From Gekko japonicus (lineage: Eukaryota): 64,000 nt of DNA. Position numbers and translations under genes: made by a program. How positions within the stretch are numbered: position 1 is the first letter of the stretch; every line of letters starts with the position of its first letter. The stretch covers positions 37,869 to 101,868 of the forward strand of contig NW_015167091.1 of NCBI RefSeq assembly GCF_001447785.1, read 5' to 3'. Of the stretch, positions 24,500-37,797 are shown in pieces. Under the pieces are notes generated by a model. It made no database searches, was not told the origin of the DNA, and saw only the letters and a list, made by a program, of their open reading frames with translations.

Positions 24500-24675
24500 A
24501 AAATAGCTAATCCTATTTTACAAAGTGATACAGCCAGGTTGGCCTTGGTCAGTATTTGGGTGGGAGAACACCAAGGAATACCAGGGTCACGATGCAGAGG
24601 ATGGGAATGGCAAACCGCCCCTGGGTGTCTTGCCTTGAAAACTCCACCAGGGGTTGCCATAAGTCAATTGTGATG
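24500..24675 (+). mobile_element. 5S rRNA-derived SINE (degenerate)
   Basis: ggccttggtcagtatttgggtgggagaacaccaaggaataccaggg resembles the 5S box C region; tail shared with the copies at 46561 and 48159. Confidence 0.6.
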
Positions 24676-24850
24676 GCAAAAACAAATAAAGTAATGGTAT
24701 TATATGTGAGATTGGGCTGTTCATCCTCCCAAAGAAATTTATTAAAATCTCCAGTTTTATATGGTGCTTTTTAAAAAACATGATACTTTGTTTTGTAAAT
24801 TGTCAGTACGGATGAGATAAAGCAGATTTTCATACTTGTTATATCTTCAG

Positions 24851-24988
24851 GGTCTGGAAAAGAAGCTGCTGCTGAATAATACCTCCTTTAGTCATCAGTT
24901 AGCTGCTGAGAAGAAAAAGACAATTGAAGCTCAGATGATCACCACAAATCTTCAAATGGAAATTAAGTCACTTAACCAAAAAATCAAG
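24851..24988 (+). CDS. LCA5L: LCA5L coding exon 3
   Basis: GLEKKLLLNNTSFSHQL...LNQKIK; cttcag| acceptor, AAG|gtattt donor; 138 nt, phase 0/0. Confidence 0.93.
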
Positions 24989-25250
24989 GTATTTAATGCT
25001 TACATTATGTCTCTTTTACTATAAATGTGTATTGCATTTAATATGCTCATTGCAGAACATAGGAAAAAAAGGAAGTACATTGAAAGCATAACAATGGGTG
25101 AAATCCTGTTCTGCTATTGGTAGAACTTTCCTTTGGCGTAAGGAACTTTCTGACAGCGGAAGAGTTTCTTTTGCAGGTGAAACAACCTCATGTTTGTAGA
25201 AAGCTCTTTGTGCCAGATGAATGCTCTGCCATTAGTGGACCAGAGTCATA

Positions 25251-25391
25251 GGCTGTGGTCACACACACTAAATAATTCACTTCCAATACACTTTCGAATT
25301 GGATTTTGCCAGTTCACACAGTAAAAATCTTGTTGGAAAGTTCATTGAAAGTGGATTGAAAGAGGATTATGTAGTGTGTGTGACTGCAGCC
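25251..25391. mobile_element. Short hairpin MITE
   Basis: TIRs ggctgtggtcacacacacta / tagtgtgtgtgactgcagcc. Confidence 0.6.
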
Positions 25392-25469
25392 ATTGTGCTA
25401 AGCACATTTCATAAAGTCTGAGGCAGATAGAGTTCATTTAAGTCTGATATCACAACAGATAACAGTATG

Positions 25470-25897
25470 CAGGGCTATTTGGGGGCAGGAACGCACAGGA
25501 ACGGAATTCCGGCTGGCTTCAGAGTTGGCCACGCCCACTACAGCCAAAACCTCTACATGTGTGGATACAGAGGGAAGAGAGATATGCCTGGAGAGCGACC
25601 CCCCCAGCAACTCTGAGGCAGGGGGGCCAGGGGTCCCTGGAAGGATTGGGGAGGCATTTAAATGCCTCCCCATGCCTTCCCAAGCCTGTCCAAGGGCTGG
25701 CTTGCCTGGGCTCCTCACAGCCACAGGGTGCCCTGGCAAGCCAACAGAAGGCAGTTTAAACTGCCTTCCCTTTCCTTCCTGGGCAAACCAAGGGAAGGCA
25801 TGGGGTGTGGCCTAATATGCTAATGCGTTTCTGCTGTTGGGTGTGGCCTATTATGCTAAAGAGTTCCTGCTGGGCTTTTTCTACCAAAAAAGCCCTG
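25470..25897 (+). mobile_element. hAT MITE (CAGGGCT family)
   Basis: TIRs cagggct/agccctg, perfect 8-bp TSD acagtatg; relatives at 30473 and 38601. Confidence 0.9.
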
Positions 25898-27713
25898 ACA
25901 GTATGTACTTCCCATACTGTTTTGAATCAAAATATTTTGTAAAGTCCCTTTAGAGACAAAACTAGTTCTTTTAGCCAGCCTGTCTCAGCAATGGGCCAGC
26001 CACATTTTCAGGTGGGGCTTTTTTAAAAAAAAGGAAAACCAGGGTTTTCTCCATAAGCATCATACACTTCTACATCCTCATGGCTAAGCACATGTGTTTG
26101 TGTGCAGTTTAATGTGTATGAATTGTTAGTTGAGTATGAATAATTTTTTTGTTCTAAATCTTTGCCTGTTTATAACCATCACTTTCCCTGAATAAAGAAG
26201 AACTTCCTTACACTACCATTTACCTCCTTTAAGCATCTTGCTGTGATCAGAGTCTTAGCAACTAGAGGCAGGATGGCTGCTAGGAGAACATCAACATTCC
26301 AGAGGCCTTGATAACCTTGGAGGCCCATGGAGCTTGGAAAGTTATGCAAATTTGTTTTATATGATGCTTGGATTGAAGGGGACCCATGGTGATTCTCTTG
26401 ATTAGAGGAAGCATTTTGTACGCTAACTTAAGCACAATAAAGTATAAAGGGGAGGAGGAATATTAGATGAGCAGAGCCGAATTAAATCAAGTGGGGAGAG
26501 TTTGTAGTGTCTCCATTCTTCTTTGCCAACTAGAAACTTTCATATTCTAAAAATGAGTACTCAGTTTTCAAATGCAAGCTGTAATGTCACAAGTTAAGAA
26601 AATATTTTAATAAATTACTAGCTCTGATAAATCAATGTGCTAGGTGTGGTGGTACAGTCACTTGCCCTACTCTAGCTATAGCCCTGCTTGTAAGAAAGAA
26701 AAAAGTGTAGCAGCATTCTTATTCCTCATGGCTCTTTCACCTGCAGCTGTGATGTTCAGGGTCTGTTTCAGTTAGGACATAGAGCTGGAGTCCCATTTTG
26801 TAAAATGCCAGAATTAAATAGTATTGAAAATATGGATTTTGAATGTGAAATTCATCCTCTAAATTGAAAACAATGTTTTAGAATGTGTGGTGGAGGGTGG
26901 GGGTGGGGGGTAGACTCCTGAAGGTTTGGCTTTTGACAGCTCTCCAATACTGCCAGGATTTATTTAGTTAGTTATGATCGGATTTATAGGATGCTTTTCA
27001 GCCATTGGCTTCATAGTGGGTTATATAGCAATAATTAAAAGCACGTAACAATGATAAAATACAATTAAAAAGAAAGTCAATCCACATGTTTAAAATTGAG
27101 GTGGCAGCTCAGACATCAGCCAGCCAACCAACCAAAAACCTTGTCCAAACAGATGAGTTTTCAGCATTGGCCTGCATCTTTCAATAGAATGGGCCAAGCC
27201 AATTTATCTGGGAGGGAGGGAGGGAATTCCATTCTACAAATGCCACCATAGAAAGCTGCAGTGACAAATTCTCAAAACCAAAAACTAAGCGCACCTGAAC
27301 TGTCAAATACAAAGCCAAGATAGCAGCTACATCAAGAACAGCAGGTATGTTTTGCAGAGTATCACCACTTCAAAGGCCATTTTGTAGGGACCAGCTTTAG
27401 AGTTGTGAATTCCTTAAGCAAGCCCTAAAAAGGCATGTCTGGAGAGGCTTATCAGATAAAGGAGCCTGAGGAAGCTCTGCAGCCTCTGCAGAATGAGCTG
27501 CATTTAGTCAGCTGACCTGACAGACATACAAAACATTTGCTCTATTAGGACAATGGATGAGCACACATGCTACTAAGCTGCTTTGAGCCAAGAGGTTAGG
27601 AAGGTATGAATAGTTATGGAGGTGAATTCAGCTAATCAGGATAGATGGCATAAGTGCAGTGCATGTAACAATTTTTTCTGTCATTTTTGAAGTATAATAC
27701 TATATTTTTGTAG

Positions 27714-27807
27714 GAAAAAGAACGAGAACTTGGTGTAAGGAACATTTATGCAAACCGGCTGCTTAAAAGTCAACAAGACAAATGTGAGCTGGAGTCTCCC
27801 CCGAAAG
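27714..27807 (+). CDS. LCA5L: LCA5L coding exon 4
   Basis: EKERELGVRNIYANRLLK...; tttgtag| acceptor, AAAG|gtagtt donor; 94 nt. Confidence 0.93.
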
Positions 27808-29395
27808 GTAGTTTTATGAGAAGCATTTTTAAAAAGTGTCTGCTGCTTTGAAATGGCATGTAGGCTGATTTAGGAGGTAATGTGTTAAAGCCTGATTAGA
27901 AGGTTTTACAGTACTAAATATCTGTAGTGATTGATGTGGGGTTCGCCATTTAAAGAGTACTAGAATAGGGTTGTCTTTACTGTGAAGGGAGAGGGAAGGA
28001 GGCAAAAATGACGGACATTTAAGAAAATTCTATCCATGTTGTTCTTGCTGTATCCAAGGGGGTTTATTTCAAAATAATAATGCAATTCAGTTGAGATGTC
28101 TGCTCTTACCTTCAGAGCAGATGATCAGTACAGTGACAGTAAGTACTTCCCTGGGCTAGGCTGCAGAGAAGCTTACAGGCAGAGCCATCCCATTGTTCTG
28201 AGAATGCCGGCACTTTAAAGAGTCTCCTCCTGTCCCATCTTAACCAGTCCAATAATGCTGCTGCCGCCGCCACCACACAAACCCAGTAAATCACGAACTT
28301 AGCTGTGGTACAACAATACATTTTAAATTGCAGGAACAGGTTTGTACTAGGTGATATCAAACTGCTCCATAGCTTTTTAATAGACTGCAGTTCTAAGAAT
28401 GAATGGCCTGATAATAATTCTCCCGCAATTATTTGTGGGAGAAAAACTTTGGCTGTACTAAACACAGCTAGATGTACAGCTCCCCCTAGTCATCATACTA
28501 AGGAAACTTACAGAGATTTCTCCTTGATTTTCCTGGTGAGACCTGGACTTGATTGATGCAGCAACAACAGATAAAACCAAAAAAAATCTGGTGACATGTT
28601 AAAGGCTGGTCAGTTTATTAGAGCATCAGCTACTATGGACTAGAACCCACTTCATCATATGTCTGATGTGTGTCTTCAGATATCTGTACATGAATATGGA
28701 AACTGATCTGTTTGATTTAGGATGGCAACAGGTCTGGAGAACAATGTCCTGTCCCTCTGATAGAGTCTTCATGCATGGAAATAGGCAGGCAATTGAAGAT
28801 TTTCATGGCATGGAGGTAAATAATATCACCAGCCATTTGCTGCAGATTAAACAATATTAAAGGAACAGCCAGAGGTACCAATTTAAAAGTTGGAAAGTTT
28901 GATCTATGTAGGCAGTAGAGTCAAATAAGTCAGTCTCTACACACAAGAATACATGGTTGCAAATCAGACATTAAAAATCACAGCATTCAGAAACCAGTGA
29001 GAAAACATTTCATTCTCCCAGGTCACACTGCTGCTCATCATAAGTCATCAGTATACAACAAAATAACTTTAAAAGGAGACCCCATCAGATATATCAGGGA
29101 GTTGTGTTCATCTAGGTTTGAATCAAGACAAATATTTTCTCACTCTCTTTGGGTGCCAAATTAGTTTAGTAAGTCTAGAAAGATTCTGTTATCAATGGTA
29201 ACTGCTGTTGTGCTTATCTTGTATCACCTGGAGTTTTCATAGGCTATTTTTATGTATATGTGGGATGTGTTTGTGTGTGTCTGCCCATTGATAACACATT
29301 GATAACATATGTAGTCCATGGAAATGTATGTCATAATACATGTGCTAGTCTGGAAGATGTTACAAGACTCCTTTTGTTTTGTGCTGTAAGAGACT

Positions 29396-29597
29396 GAGCT
29401 ATGGCTCAGTGGTAGAGCATTGGCTTGGAATGCAGAAGATCCCACATTCAAACCCAGGCATTTCCAGTTAAAAGGTCTGGCAGTAGGTGATGTGAAAGAT
29501 CTCTGCCTGAGACCCTGAAGAGCTACTGCCAGTCTGAGTAGACAATACTGACTTTGATGGACCAAGGGTCTGATTCACTATAAGACAGTTTCATGTG
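29396..29597 (+). mobile_element. tRNA-derived SINE with CR1-like tail
   Basis: A-box tggctcagtggtagagc, B-box-like attcaaaccc, 3' gatggaccaagggtctgattca. Confidence 0.75.
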
Positions 29598-30160
29598 ATT
29601 TCATGTGAATACAGTTGCCCTTCTGCAGGTCCAGAATATATATGTGAAAATTCTTCATTGTAAGTACTGGTTATAAAATCTGTTTTTATATGTATCCTTT
29701 TATATGATTTAATGAGACTAATGATAAAAGTAGTTACAGACAGGTTTCTACACTGTGCATCACCTTTACTGAATGGGCACAGGGTGGCGCATATCCTAGA
29801 ACCTGATTTGTCCGTACAGAGAGTCCAGAAATCAGCAAGCATATTGCAGATCTGTTGTAGCATAAATGGAGGTCCCCCTCCCCCTTCTTGGGGAGGTGAC
29901 CACAGTTAAAACTCTCCCATCACTCTTCCAAAATTCCGATCAGTTCAAGGGAGGAAATTAATAGATATTGCTGCACTCCTAACTCTGTGGAATGAGGCAC
30001 ATGTGTGTTATTAAAGCTGCAGTAATAAACACACTGGGAGTAAGTAAATGTAGATAGGTTCAAGCTGCATGTCAGTGATCTTTTTGAAGTTTTAGTTATT
30101 CCATTTTATGTTCGTTTTTCAAAAAGTTAATGTTTTTCATTATTAACTCCTCCTTTATAG

Positions 30161-30261
30161 GTAATATAAACAAGGCAGTACAAGCAGATAAGAGTTTTAA
30201 AATAGAAGCAACGACCCCACTTCAAAAGCACGAGACAGAGAAAAGCGCAGTTTTAAAAGAG
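30161..30261 (+). CDS. LCA5L: LCA5L coding exon 5
   Basis: NINKAVQADKSF...; tttatag| acceptor, GAG|gtatgg donor; phase 1 to 0. Confidence 0.88.
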
Positions 30262-30472
30262 GTATGGCAGATCTGCTTAAAGTTGTCTTCTCAGCTCTTT
30301 TAATCATTCACAGATTTTCTGGAGAGCTTTAGATAATTGAAAATGATATGTTGTTTTCCTTATTGCTAAATCTTGGTTATGCTCCTTTCATGCCAGTATT
30401 CTAGGTGTCCCCATTAGTAGAAGCTCAAGACTTTTTCTCTACCCTTTGTGTCCATTTTGATTGGACTATAAG

Positions 30473-30871
30473 CAGGGGTCTTTTTGTAGAAAAAGCCCAG
30501 CAGGAACTCATTAGCATAATAGGCCACACCCAACAGCAGAAACTCATTAGCATATTAGGCCACACCCCATGACAGCACAGCTCATTAGCACATTAGGCCA
30601 CACCCCCATGTTACCAGAAGTGTGGTTATTCAGCCACACCCACCTTTTTCTTGTTATTCTGTTTACCTTGTTTGTTGTCAAAACCCAGGGCTTTTTTGTA
30701 GCAGGAACGCCTTTGCATGTTAGGCCACACACCCCTAATGTAGCCAATCCTAATGAGTTTCTGCTGTTGGATGTGGTCTATTATGCTAATGAGTTCCTGA
30801 TGGGTGTGGCCAACTTGGGAGCCAGCCGGAACTCCGTTCCTGTGCGTTCCTGCCCAAAAATAGTCCCCCTG
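30473..30871 (-). mobile_element. hAT MITE (CAGGGCT family, composite)
   Basis: Perfect TSD actataag; a second, internal TIR-like end at about 30685. Confidence 0.85.
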
Positions 30872-31099
30872 ACTATAAGGTAAGGCCTACGTGTCTCAAT
30901 CAGAGCTGTAACAAGAGCAAGGTGAGCAAAGAACTTACCTTGGCCATACAAAGCTGAGAGGCACAGAAAAAGTGTATCGTAACTAAAATAAATTTTGTTT
31001 TATAATTATTCTATTATTATTGTAAACTATTCCACATATTCCACATATGTTTTGGGTGGTGATGGTCATCTCTCAAAAGGGAGTTTTTATGTGTTGGTG

Positions 31100-32800
31100 T
31101 TTGAAATAAAGATTTGTATAGAGTTTATCTTGTTCCGTTATGACCATGACACCTAAAAAATTAATTTTCTTGTCATCCACATGGAGGCCCATTTTAATAT
31201 TTTTGTCCTGTTCTTCCAGCCAGTAATTATATTCCACAATAAAAGACATCATCTAGATATTGCCATCATTTAATGATACAATTATGGAAGGGGTTAGCAG
31301 AATAAATAAATTTATCTTTAAAATTGCCCATATAATTTGGCAACTTCTGGGGCCACTGAAGATCCCATGGCAATGCCTTTAATTTGGAAATATATCATTA
31401 AATGAGAAGAAATTGTGAGCACGGTTTCATCCAGAGATAACAAGAAATGAATTGAGAGATTCCTATTATTTCTTATGTTTAAGGATTCTTCTATAATAGA
31501 TAATGCTTCTCTCTGGGGAATGTTGGTATAAAGTAGTACAGTATCTAGTGTAATGAAAAGAATTTCTATATTTATATTAGATATACAATCCAGTTTGTTA
31601 ATAAAATCAGTAGTGTCTTATATATGATGGCATTAAGAACACAAATGGTCAGATGAAAAAGCCAATATATTTGCATAGAAGATCCAGGATAGAACCGCAA
31701 CCAGAGATAATAGGCCTATTGGGAGGAGGAAAATATTTTTATGTATTTTTGGTAGAATGTAGAATACTGGGGTTCTAGAGTTAGCATTATCAAGGAAATC
31801 TCTTTCCATAGGTGTAATGTATCCCATATAAGACCTTCCAGTAACGTTCTAGTGGTATATTGAACTGATGGACCTGGATTGTTTTTATGTGAGGTATAGT
31901 ATGTTGGATTATTGTCTTGCCTCGTAACTTCCAATTCATAATCTGACCTATTGTGAACAACAGCTGCACCTCCTTTATGTGCTTCTTCGATTATTATATT
32001 AGGGTCACTGGATAGTTTATTTAATGCCAGCCTCTCTTTGTTATTCAAGTTCACTCATCTAGATATAAATTACATTCCAGTTTTTCTAAATTATTACTCT
32101 TTCCTCAAACACTTGTATAGCAAGTCGAAAGAGCCGAGGAGGTATAAAGTGAGATATAACACAAAAAGGCGTACTCCTTGGGTTACCTTGTTGTTCAGTT
32201 AAAAAAAGATCTTAGTTTCAGGGTTTCTAACAAGTTTGAAAATGTCGATCCTTGGGGGTCACTGGGTCATGACATGGAGTTGGAACATACGATAAACTTT
32301 TATTAAGGACCCATTGTTCTGGTTCTGTAAGGGTTTGATCAAATACATTGTAAACTAATCTCCATCCCAACTTCAGTTGGTGATCTGTCTTCTCTTGATG
32401 CTGTTTTTTCTTTTGGTCACTAGTATACTTCATATGTCCTGGGGCTGTACAAAAAAGGATGTTGAAGTGGTCAATTTATTGGAACTATTGTCCTAATCTC
32501 CTGTAATATTATTGTCCTCTGTGGCACTGGAACTATATTGTTTATCCGGAGGATCTGAAGAATTAGTAAAAGATACCTTTCTTGTAGACTTGTGTAATCT
32601 TTTAAACATCTGTGGATAAACTCTGCTGTGTCTATACACTGTGATCCAATCCTTCATTTTTACAAGCTTTTGATACTATAGTAATCACTTGTGAACCATA
32701 AAATGATACAATTTCTTTTTCTCTTCCCTAAACCACTGCAGACAGATGAATTGCCATTCTTAAATCAGGTGAATCTTGGGGTGATTCAAATAATTTACCG
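31100..32800 (-). mobile_element. Penelope-like retroelement, decayed RT region
   Basis: VLNKSLSYVPTP, NLNNKERLAL..L..DPNIII..AHKGGA.VV and TPVFYILPKIHK are characteristic Penelope-like ORF motifs. Boundaries approximate. Confidence 0.8.
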
Positions 32801-32981
32801 CTTCCCTTAATTTATGGAAGATTTGAGAACTCCTACAATGAAAGGATTTAGATCAAAGTGATGCTATTAGTATAGAAAATGCCTTAATCATTTACTACTT
32901 TGTCACTCTTCATACATATTCAGAAATTAAAAGATGCAAATAAATTGTGGTATATTTTCTCTTTCTAACTATGTATTTAAG

Positions 32982-33105
32982 GAGAAGACAATCCAAGATT
33001 CAAAAGAAAAATTATGTGGTGTGCATGAAGAGGCAGCACTAAAATCAGAATTTCATCAATTTGAAAAATTACCAAAGGAAGACACTTCAAATGTAACATG
33101 CAAAG
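32982..33105 (+). CDS. LCA5L: LCA5L coding exon 6
   Basis: EKTIQDSKEK...EKLPKEDTSNVTCK; tttaag| acceptor, AAAG|gtattc donor; phase 0 to 1 fits its neighbours. Confidence 0.8.
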
Positions 33106-33713
33106 GTATTCTAAGAGTATTTGAGACATTGTATGACTTTATACATGTAAGCAAATTTCATGATAGACAACACTCTTGAACATTTAGCCATGCTGGTCTA
33201 TCATACTATAACAATTCAATGGTATATTCGTAACAGGTTTTCCAGTATCCTGGGAGAATGATCTGTATACCAGATTTTTCTTTTACATGAAACTGTTTGG
33301 ACTGACATGCAAATTAGTTGTAAAATGTATTGTATATTGAAACATATAATTCTCTTTCTGTCCCAGGATAAGCCTCTCAGAGTTGATATCTTTTACTCTG
33401 CATGAAGAAATACATGAAATCTATTACAGTTTTTTAGACTGCTAGAATAAGACAAGGCTCTCTTTTTTCTGACAACCACTGAAGATTCTGGAGCATGGGG
33501 ACTGCTCCCATAATCTCTCTTGCAGTGTAATGAAAGACAATTTAGGAGTAGTTCTCAGTCCCATAGATCCTCATAACTGTGGCTAGTTTTCCTTGTGTAA
33601 GGTAATTTCTAGCTGCTAAATATATAGGATGTGCCTTCAGTTCATATTTCTTATTTAAAATTTTCATTGTCTGATTTCTTAGTCTAACTGTTGAAACAAT
33701 ATTCCCTTTCTAG

Positions 33714-34471
33714 AACTGTTAAGGGAAGAAATACATCCAAAGGAAGAAAAACATTTCAGATGTGAATATCTAGAAGGACAAAAGAAAAGGAGAGACATGC
33801 AAGGGTTAAAAGTTGACATTTTGAAAGATGAACTTGAGAAATTAATGGGAGAAGGATCACTTTATCCTACTCAAGATGTTCTGAAAAATAAAAATAATCT
33901 GGAAGAAGCTTTAGTGGAAAAGAAAAACAATGAGGAATGCAAGGAAGGTGGGGAGAAAACAGCAAAAGAAACAGATCATGTTAAGCTGGCAGCACAACAC
34001 AAAATATCTAAATTAAAGAAACAGTATGTGTTTTCAGAGGTCATTGAAAATTTGCACCAGGGACTCCCATCAACAGGTCCCATATCCAACACAAGCACTT
34101 TCTACAATAGTAGACAGGTGGGTCGGCAGCAGACTGAAGTAAAGGGGGAAAATTCAGTTAGTACCTATGAACCCTCATTTGGTAATGCTACCAAAATAAG
34201 GCAGGACACTTCAACACATAGTGAAGACCACACTCCTACTGTATCAATGGCGAAGAAAAGTACTCTTATGGAAGAACTCTTTGGTCCAACCTGCATCTTA
34301 AAAGACAGTCATCAAAACTTGAAAGAGCTGGGCAAGGGGAAAAAAACTCTGCAAAGTGAAAGGATATATGAAATCTCTTCATATCTCAGTGATGGCTTAC
34401 AGTGTGGTGACTGCAAACAAACCCAAATAAAGGTTTTCCATGCAACTGCCACTTTGGAAGACCCGAGATAA
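33714..34471 (+). CDS. LCA5L: LCA5L last coding exon
   Basis: ttctag| acceptor in frame; conserved YVFSEVIENLHQGLP, YEPSFG, KKSTLMEELFG; TAA ending 34471. Total CDS 2172 nt (723 aa). Candidate polyA signal ATTAAA at 34696. Confidence 0.93.
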
Positions 34472-34751
34472 TTCCTGTATTTCTAGTGACTTTCATGTTT
34501 TTCCTTTAAAACGTACTCAGTATTTTTAATCTTTTGAAAAGCACTGTGTTACCTACCAAAGCCTTTCTTTCTTAAATCTAATGACCCTTCTAAGGTAATT
34601 TAAACAAACCTCATGTATTCCTCTGAAGAGGCAGAAATGTTGATATTCCATTGCAGGAGAACATGCGTGCAAGATGTGGTACCAATTTATACTTTATTAA
34701 ACATGTGTCAGCAGTAAGAATGAAGTCATTATTCTATGACTGCACCTCAAA

Positions 34752-36172
34752 AATATAGCTTTGGAAAAAGTGCAGAAAAAGGCAACTGAAATGATTAAGG
34801 GGATGGAACACCTTTCCTTATGAAGACAGGTTAAATAGGTTAGGGCTCTTTAGCTCAGAGAAATGACGATTGAGGGGTGACATGACAGAGGTTTACAAAA
34901 TTATGCATGTGATAGAGAAGGTAGAATCATAGAGTTGGAAGGGACCTCCAGGGACATCTAGTCCAACCCCCTGCACAATGCAGGAAATTCACAAATGCGT
35001 CCCTCCACACACACCCAGTGACCCCTGCGGCATGCCCAGAAGATGGCAAAAAACCTTCAGGATCCCTTGTTAAACAGTCCTGGGGGGGGAATTGCTTCTT
35101 GACCCCAACATGGCAATCAGCATTTCCCTGGGCATGTAAGAAAGGGCCACAAGAACAAAATAGAGAAAGAAGTCTTTTCTCCCTTTCTCACAATTCAAGA
35201 ACTTGTAGGCACTCAATGAAATTAGTGAGCAGTAAGCTTAGAAAAGATAAAAGTAACAAACAGATGGAATTCACTGCCACAGGAAGTGATGGCAGCTACA
35301 AGCCTAGACAGCTTCAAGAGGGGACTGGATAAACATATGGAGCAGAGGTCCATCAGTGGCTATTAGCCACAAGGTAAAGATGAAATATTATGTCTGGGGC
35401 TGTGTATTCTTGGTGCTTGGGGGGGGGGCAACAGTGGAAGGGGCTTCTGGAGTTCTGGCCCTGCTGGTGGACCTTCTGGTGGCACCTGGGTTTTGGTCAC
35501 TGTGTGACACAGAGGGTGCGTTCAGACGGGGGCTTTCTGCCGGCATAAACTGCACCGGTTGGAACCGGCGCAGTTTATGCCGGCAGAAACGCGATCACAC
35601 TTACCTCCATTTTGCAGTTCCCATCGTTGTACGCCCGGTCTCACGCTGCGGGCGTCGGCTCAAACCCCCCCCCCCATTACATTTAAACTTTAAAGGTAAG
35701 GACTTACCTTTAAAGTTTAAAGCCCAAACTGGCCTCCCTTAAGTCCCGGACTCCTCCGGATAGGTAAAGTAAGGGATTTTTTTTTTTAAACAAACGCTCA
35801 GGGCGAAGCTTTGCCCAAGCGCATATTGCTCTGTTTTTTTAAAAAAAATGGTGGGGGGGGAACGGAAGCCTCAGGCTTCCGACGGAAATGGCTAGGCACC
35901 GGTGGAGAGCGATCAGACGCTGGGGAAGATCGAAAGCAACCGTTGCACTCAGTATACCACCACTTGGGACCTAGTGGCAGAGTGCAACGGTGTAAAGGGC
36001 TTTACATCGGTTAGGGACAGGAGGCAGATGTTCGCCGTCTGAACGCCGGTGAGTACAGCGATTGCAACCGGCACCTATACCGATGTAAAGCCCCTGTCTG
36101 AACGCACCCAGAGTATTGGACTGGATGAGCCATTAGCCTAATCCAACACGGCTTCTCTTGTGTTCTTATGAC
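34752..36172 (+). mobile_element. CR1 3' end interrupted by an antisense CR1 tail (34924-35160) and a MITE
   Basis: LEKVQKKATEMIKG-type sequence at about 34760; the tail resumes after 36112 and ends tgttcttatg. Confidence 0.8.
35514..36109. mobile_element. PIF/Harbinger-type MITE (596 bp)
   Basis: Near-perfect TIRs gggtgcgttcagacggggg / cccctgtctgaacgcaccc, 3-bp TSD AGA. Confidence 0.88.
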
Positions 36173-36242
36173 TTCTATCAGAGAAGCTATAAAAATCATA
36201 AAATAATTGGAAAGATATATTGGAAAGGAGTTTTGCCAGTTT

Positions 36243-36425
36243 AAAAGGTAAAGGTTCCCTTGCTCAAAAGCCAGTTGAATCTGACTCTAGGGTTGCGGTG
36301 CTCATCTCTGTTTCAAAGCCGAAGAGCCAGCGCTGTCTGAAGACATTTCCATGGTCGTGGCTGGCATGACTAACAAGGCGCACAGAACACTGTTACCTTC
36401 CCACTGAAGTGGTACCTATCTACTT
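36243..36425 (-). mobile_element. Sauria-type SINE 3' fragment
   Basis: aaaggtaaagg tail and body match the reverse complement of the 1117 and 56958 copies. Confidence 0.8.
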
Positions 36426-36621
36426 TTTTTTTTGCCAGTTTACAGCACTTTAAAATATTTACATGCTTAAAGGTATGAAAATACTTCATAAGACATAGTG
36501 AACAGGGCTCCAGTGAGGCTGTTCTGATTGCACAGAAAACTAGGATTTATAAAGTCCAGTATGGACATACAGAGCACAAATATTTCAGAAGTTTGATTCT
36601 TGATGCCGTATGACTAAAGCT

Positions 36622-36890
36622 AGAGCCAGTTTGGTGTAGTGGTTAAGTGTGCAGACTTTAATCTGGGAGAACTGGGTTTGATTCCCCACTCCTCCACTTG
36701 CAGCTGCTGGATGGCCTTGGGCAAGCCATAGTTCTGTCAGAGCCGTTCTGAAAGAGCAGTTCTCAAAAGAGCTCTCTCAGCCCCACCTACCTCACAGGGT
36801 GTCTGTACTGGGGAGGGGAAAGGAAAGGAGTTTGTAAGCCGCTCTGAGACGCCGAGTGAAGGGCGGGATATAAACTCCTCCTCCTCTTCT
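36622..36890 (+). mobile_element. Squam3-like tRNA SINE, full length
   Basis: agagccagtttggtgtagtggttaag (A box), ggtttgattccc (B box), simple-repeat tail. Confidence 0.85.
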
Positions 36891-37116
36891 TTTTCCTGGA
36901 ATTCTTGGTTCAGATAAAAAGAGCTATTGACAAAAATGCAGTAAAACTAATTCTACTTTATCACTTTCCAAATTTGACAGAGATACCAAACTTCATCTGT
37001 TTACCAGTACAGGGTGCTATGTTGATTACAGTAATTTCTACAGCTAGAATTGAACTATACACATTGTCTTCTACAGTTGTACTTGACTACCTTAGTATAT
37101 ATGGGGTACAATAAAC

Positions 37117-37273
37117 CAGGCCTGTAAGCTACAGTGGGGCATCTCGGGGCCCGGCCCCCGACTTTCCATCCAGCTAAGGCGCTCCCTTGAGGGTGTGCAC
37201 AGGGCTGTGTGCGGGGTGCCCCCTAACTTATCTAAAGGCACCCCCAAATTAAAAAATCCTGGCTACAGGCCTG
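37117..37273. mobile_element. hAT MITE (157 bp)
   Basis: TIRs caggcctgta/tacaggcctg; perfect TSD caataaac. Confidence 0.88.
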
Positions 37274-37797
37274 CAATAAACCAGTCTTCAAACATTTTTA
37301 TAATCAAAGCATTATTAAATATTATGCTACCCACAACTTTGATCTCTATTTTCCACACTGTAAAAGATTGAACAGTATTAGAAGGCATGCAACACATGCA
37401 ATAAGATTAAAATCAGGAGAACAAAATGTCATTATGCAATATGTTCTCAAGTAGTAAGGCCCTAATCCTGTTAAAATTTTATACATGGAACACATCAGAT
37501 AAGCAGGGAACAGTGTTATTTTTAGCATTGTTTCAAGAACAGATACAAGGAAGGATGAGCACAAACTGGGAAAATGCAGTTTGGTTCATGGCCCTGCAAA
37601 CCCCCTTGAAAGGGACTGCAGTCCCTTTAAACAGGGTTTGCAGAGCTCCCTCCTGCTTAGCTGTTTTGGGCTATCTTGTGCAGTCCCTTTAAAGTAGAGG
37701 TGTTAAACTCATTTGTTATGAGTACTGGATCTGACATAGCCGGGCCATGTGTGGTATAAAATGTAACACGAGGTACTGGAGATATAAATTTTATAAA

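Noticed and set aside
29396-29470. tRNA gene
   Set aside because: Degenerate SINE head continuing into a SINE body; no intact cloverleaf.
30505-30610. CRISPR-like repeat-spacer pattern (also 38635-38735 and 50375-50640)
   Set aside because: Eukaryotic context, degenerate repeats, short related spacers, inside TIR/TSD-bounded transposons, no cas genes.
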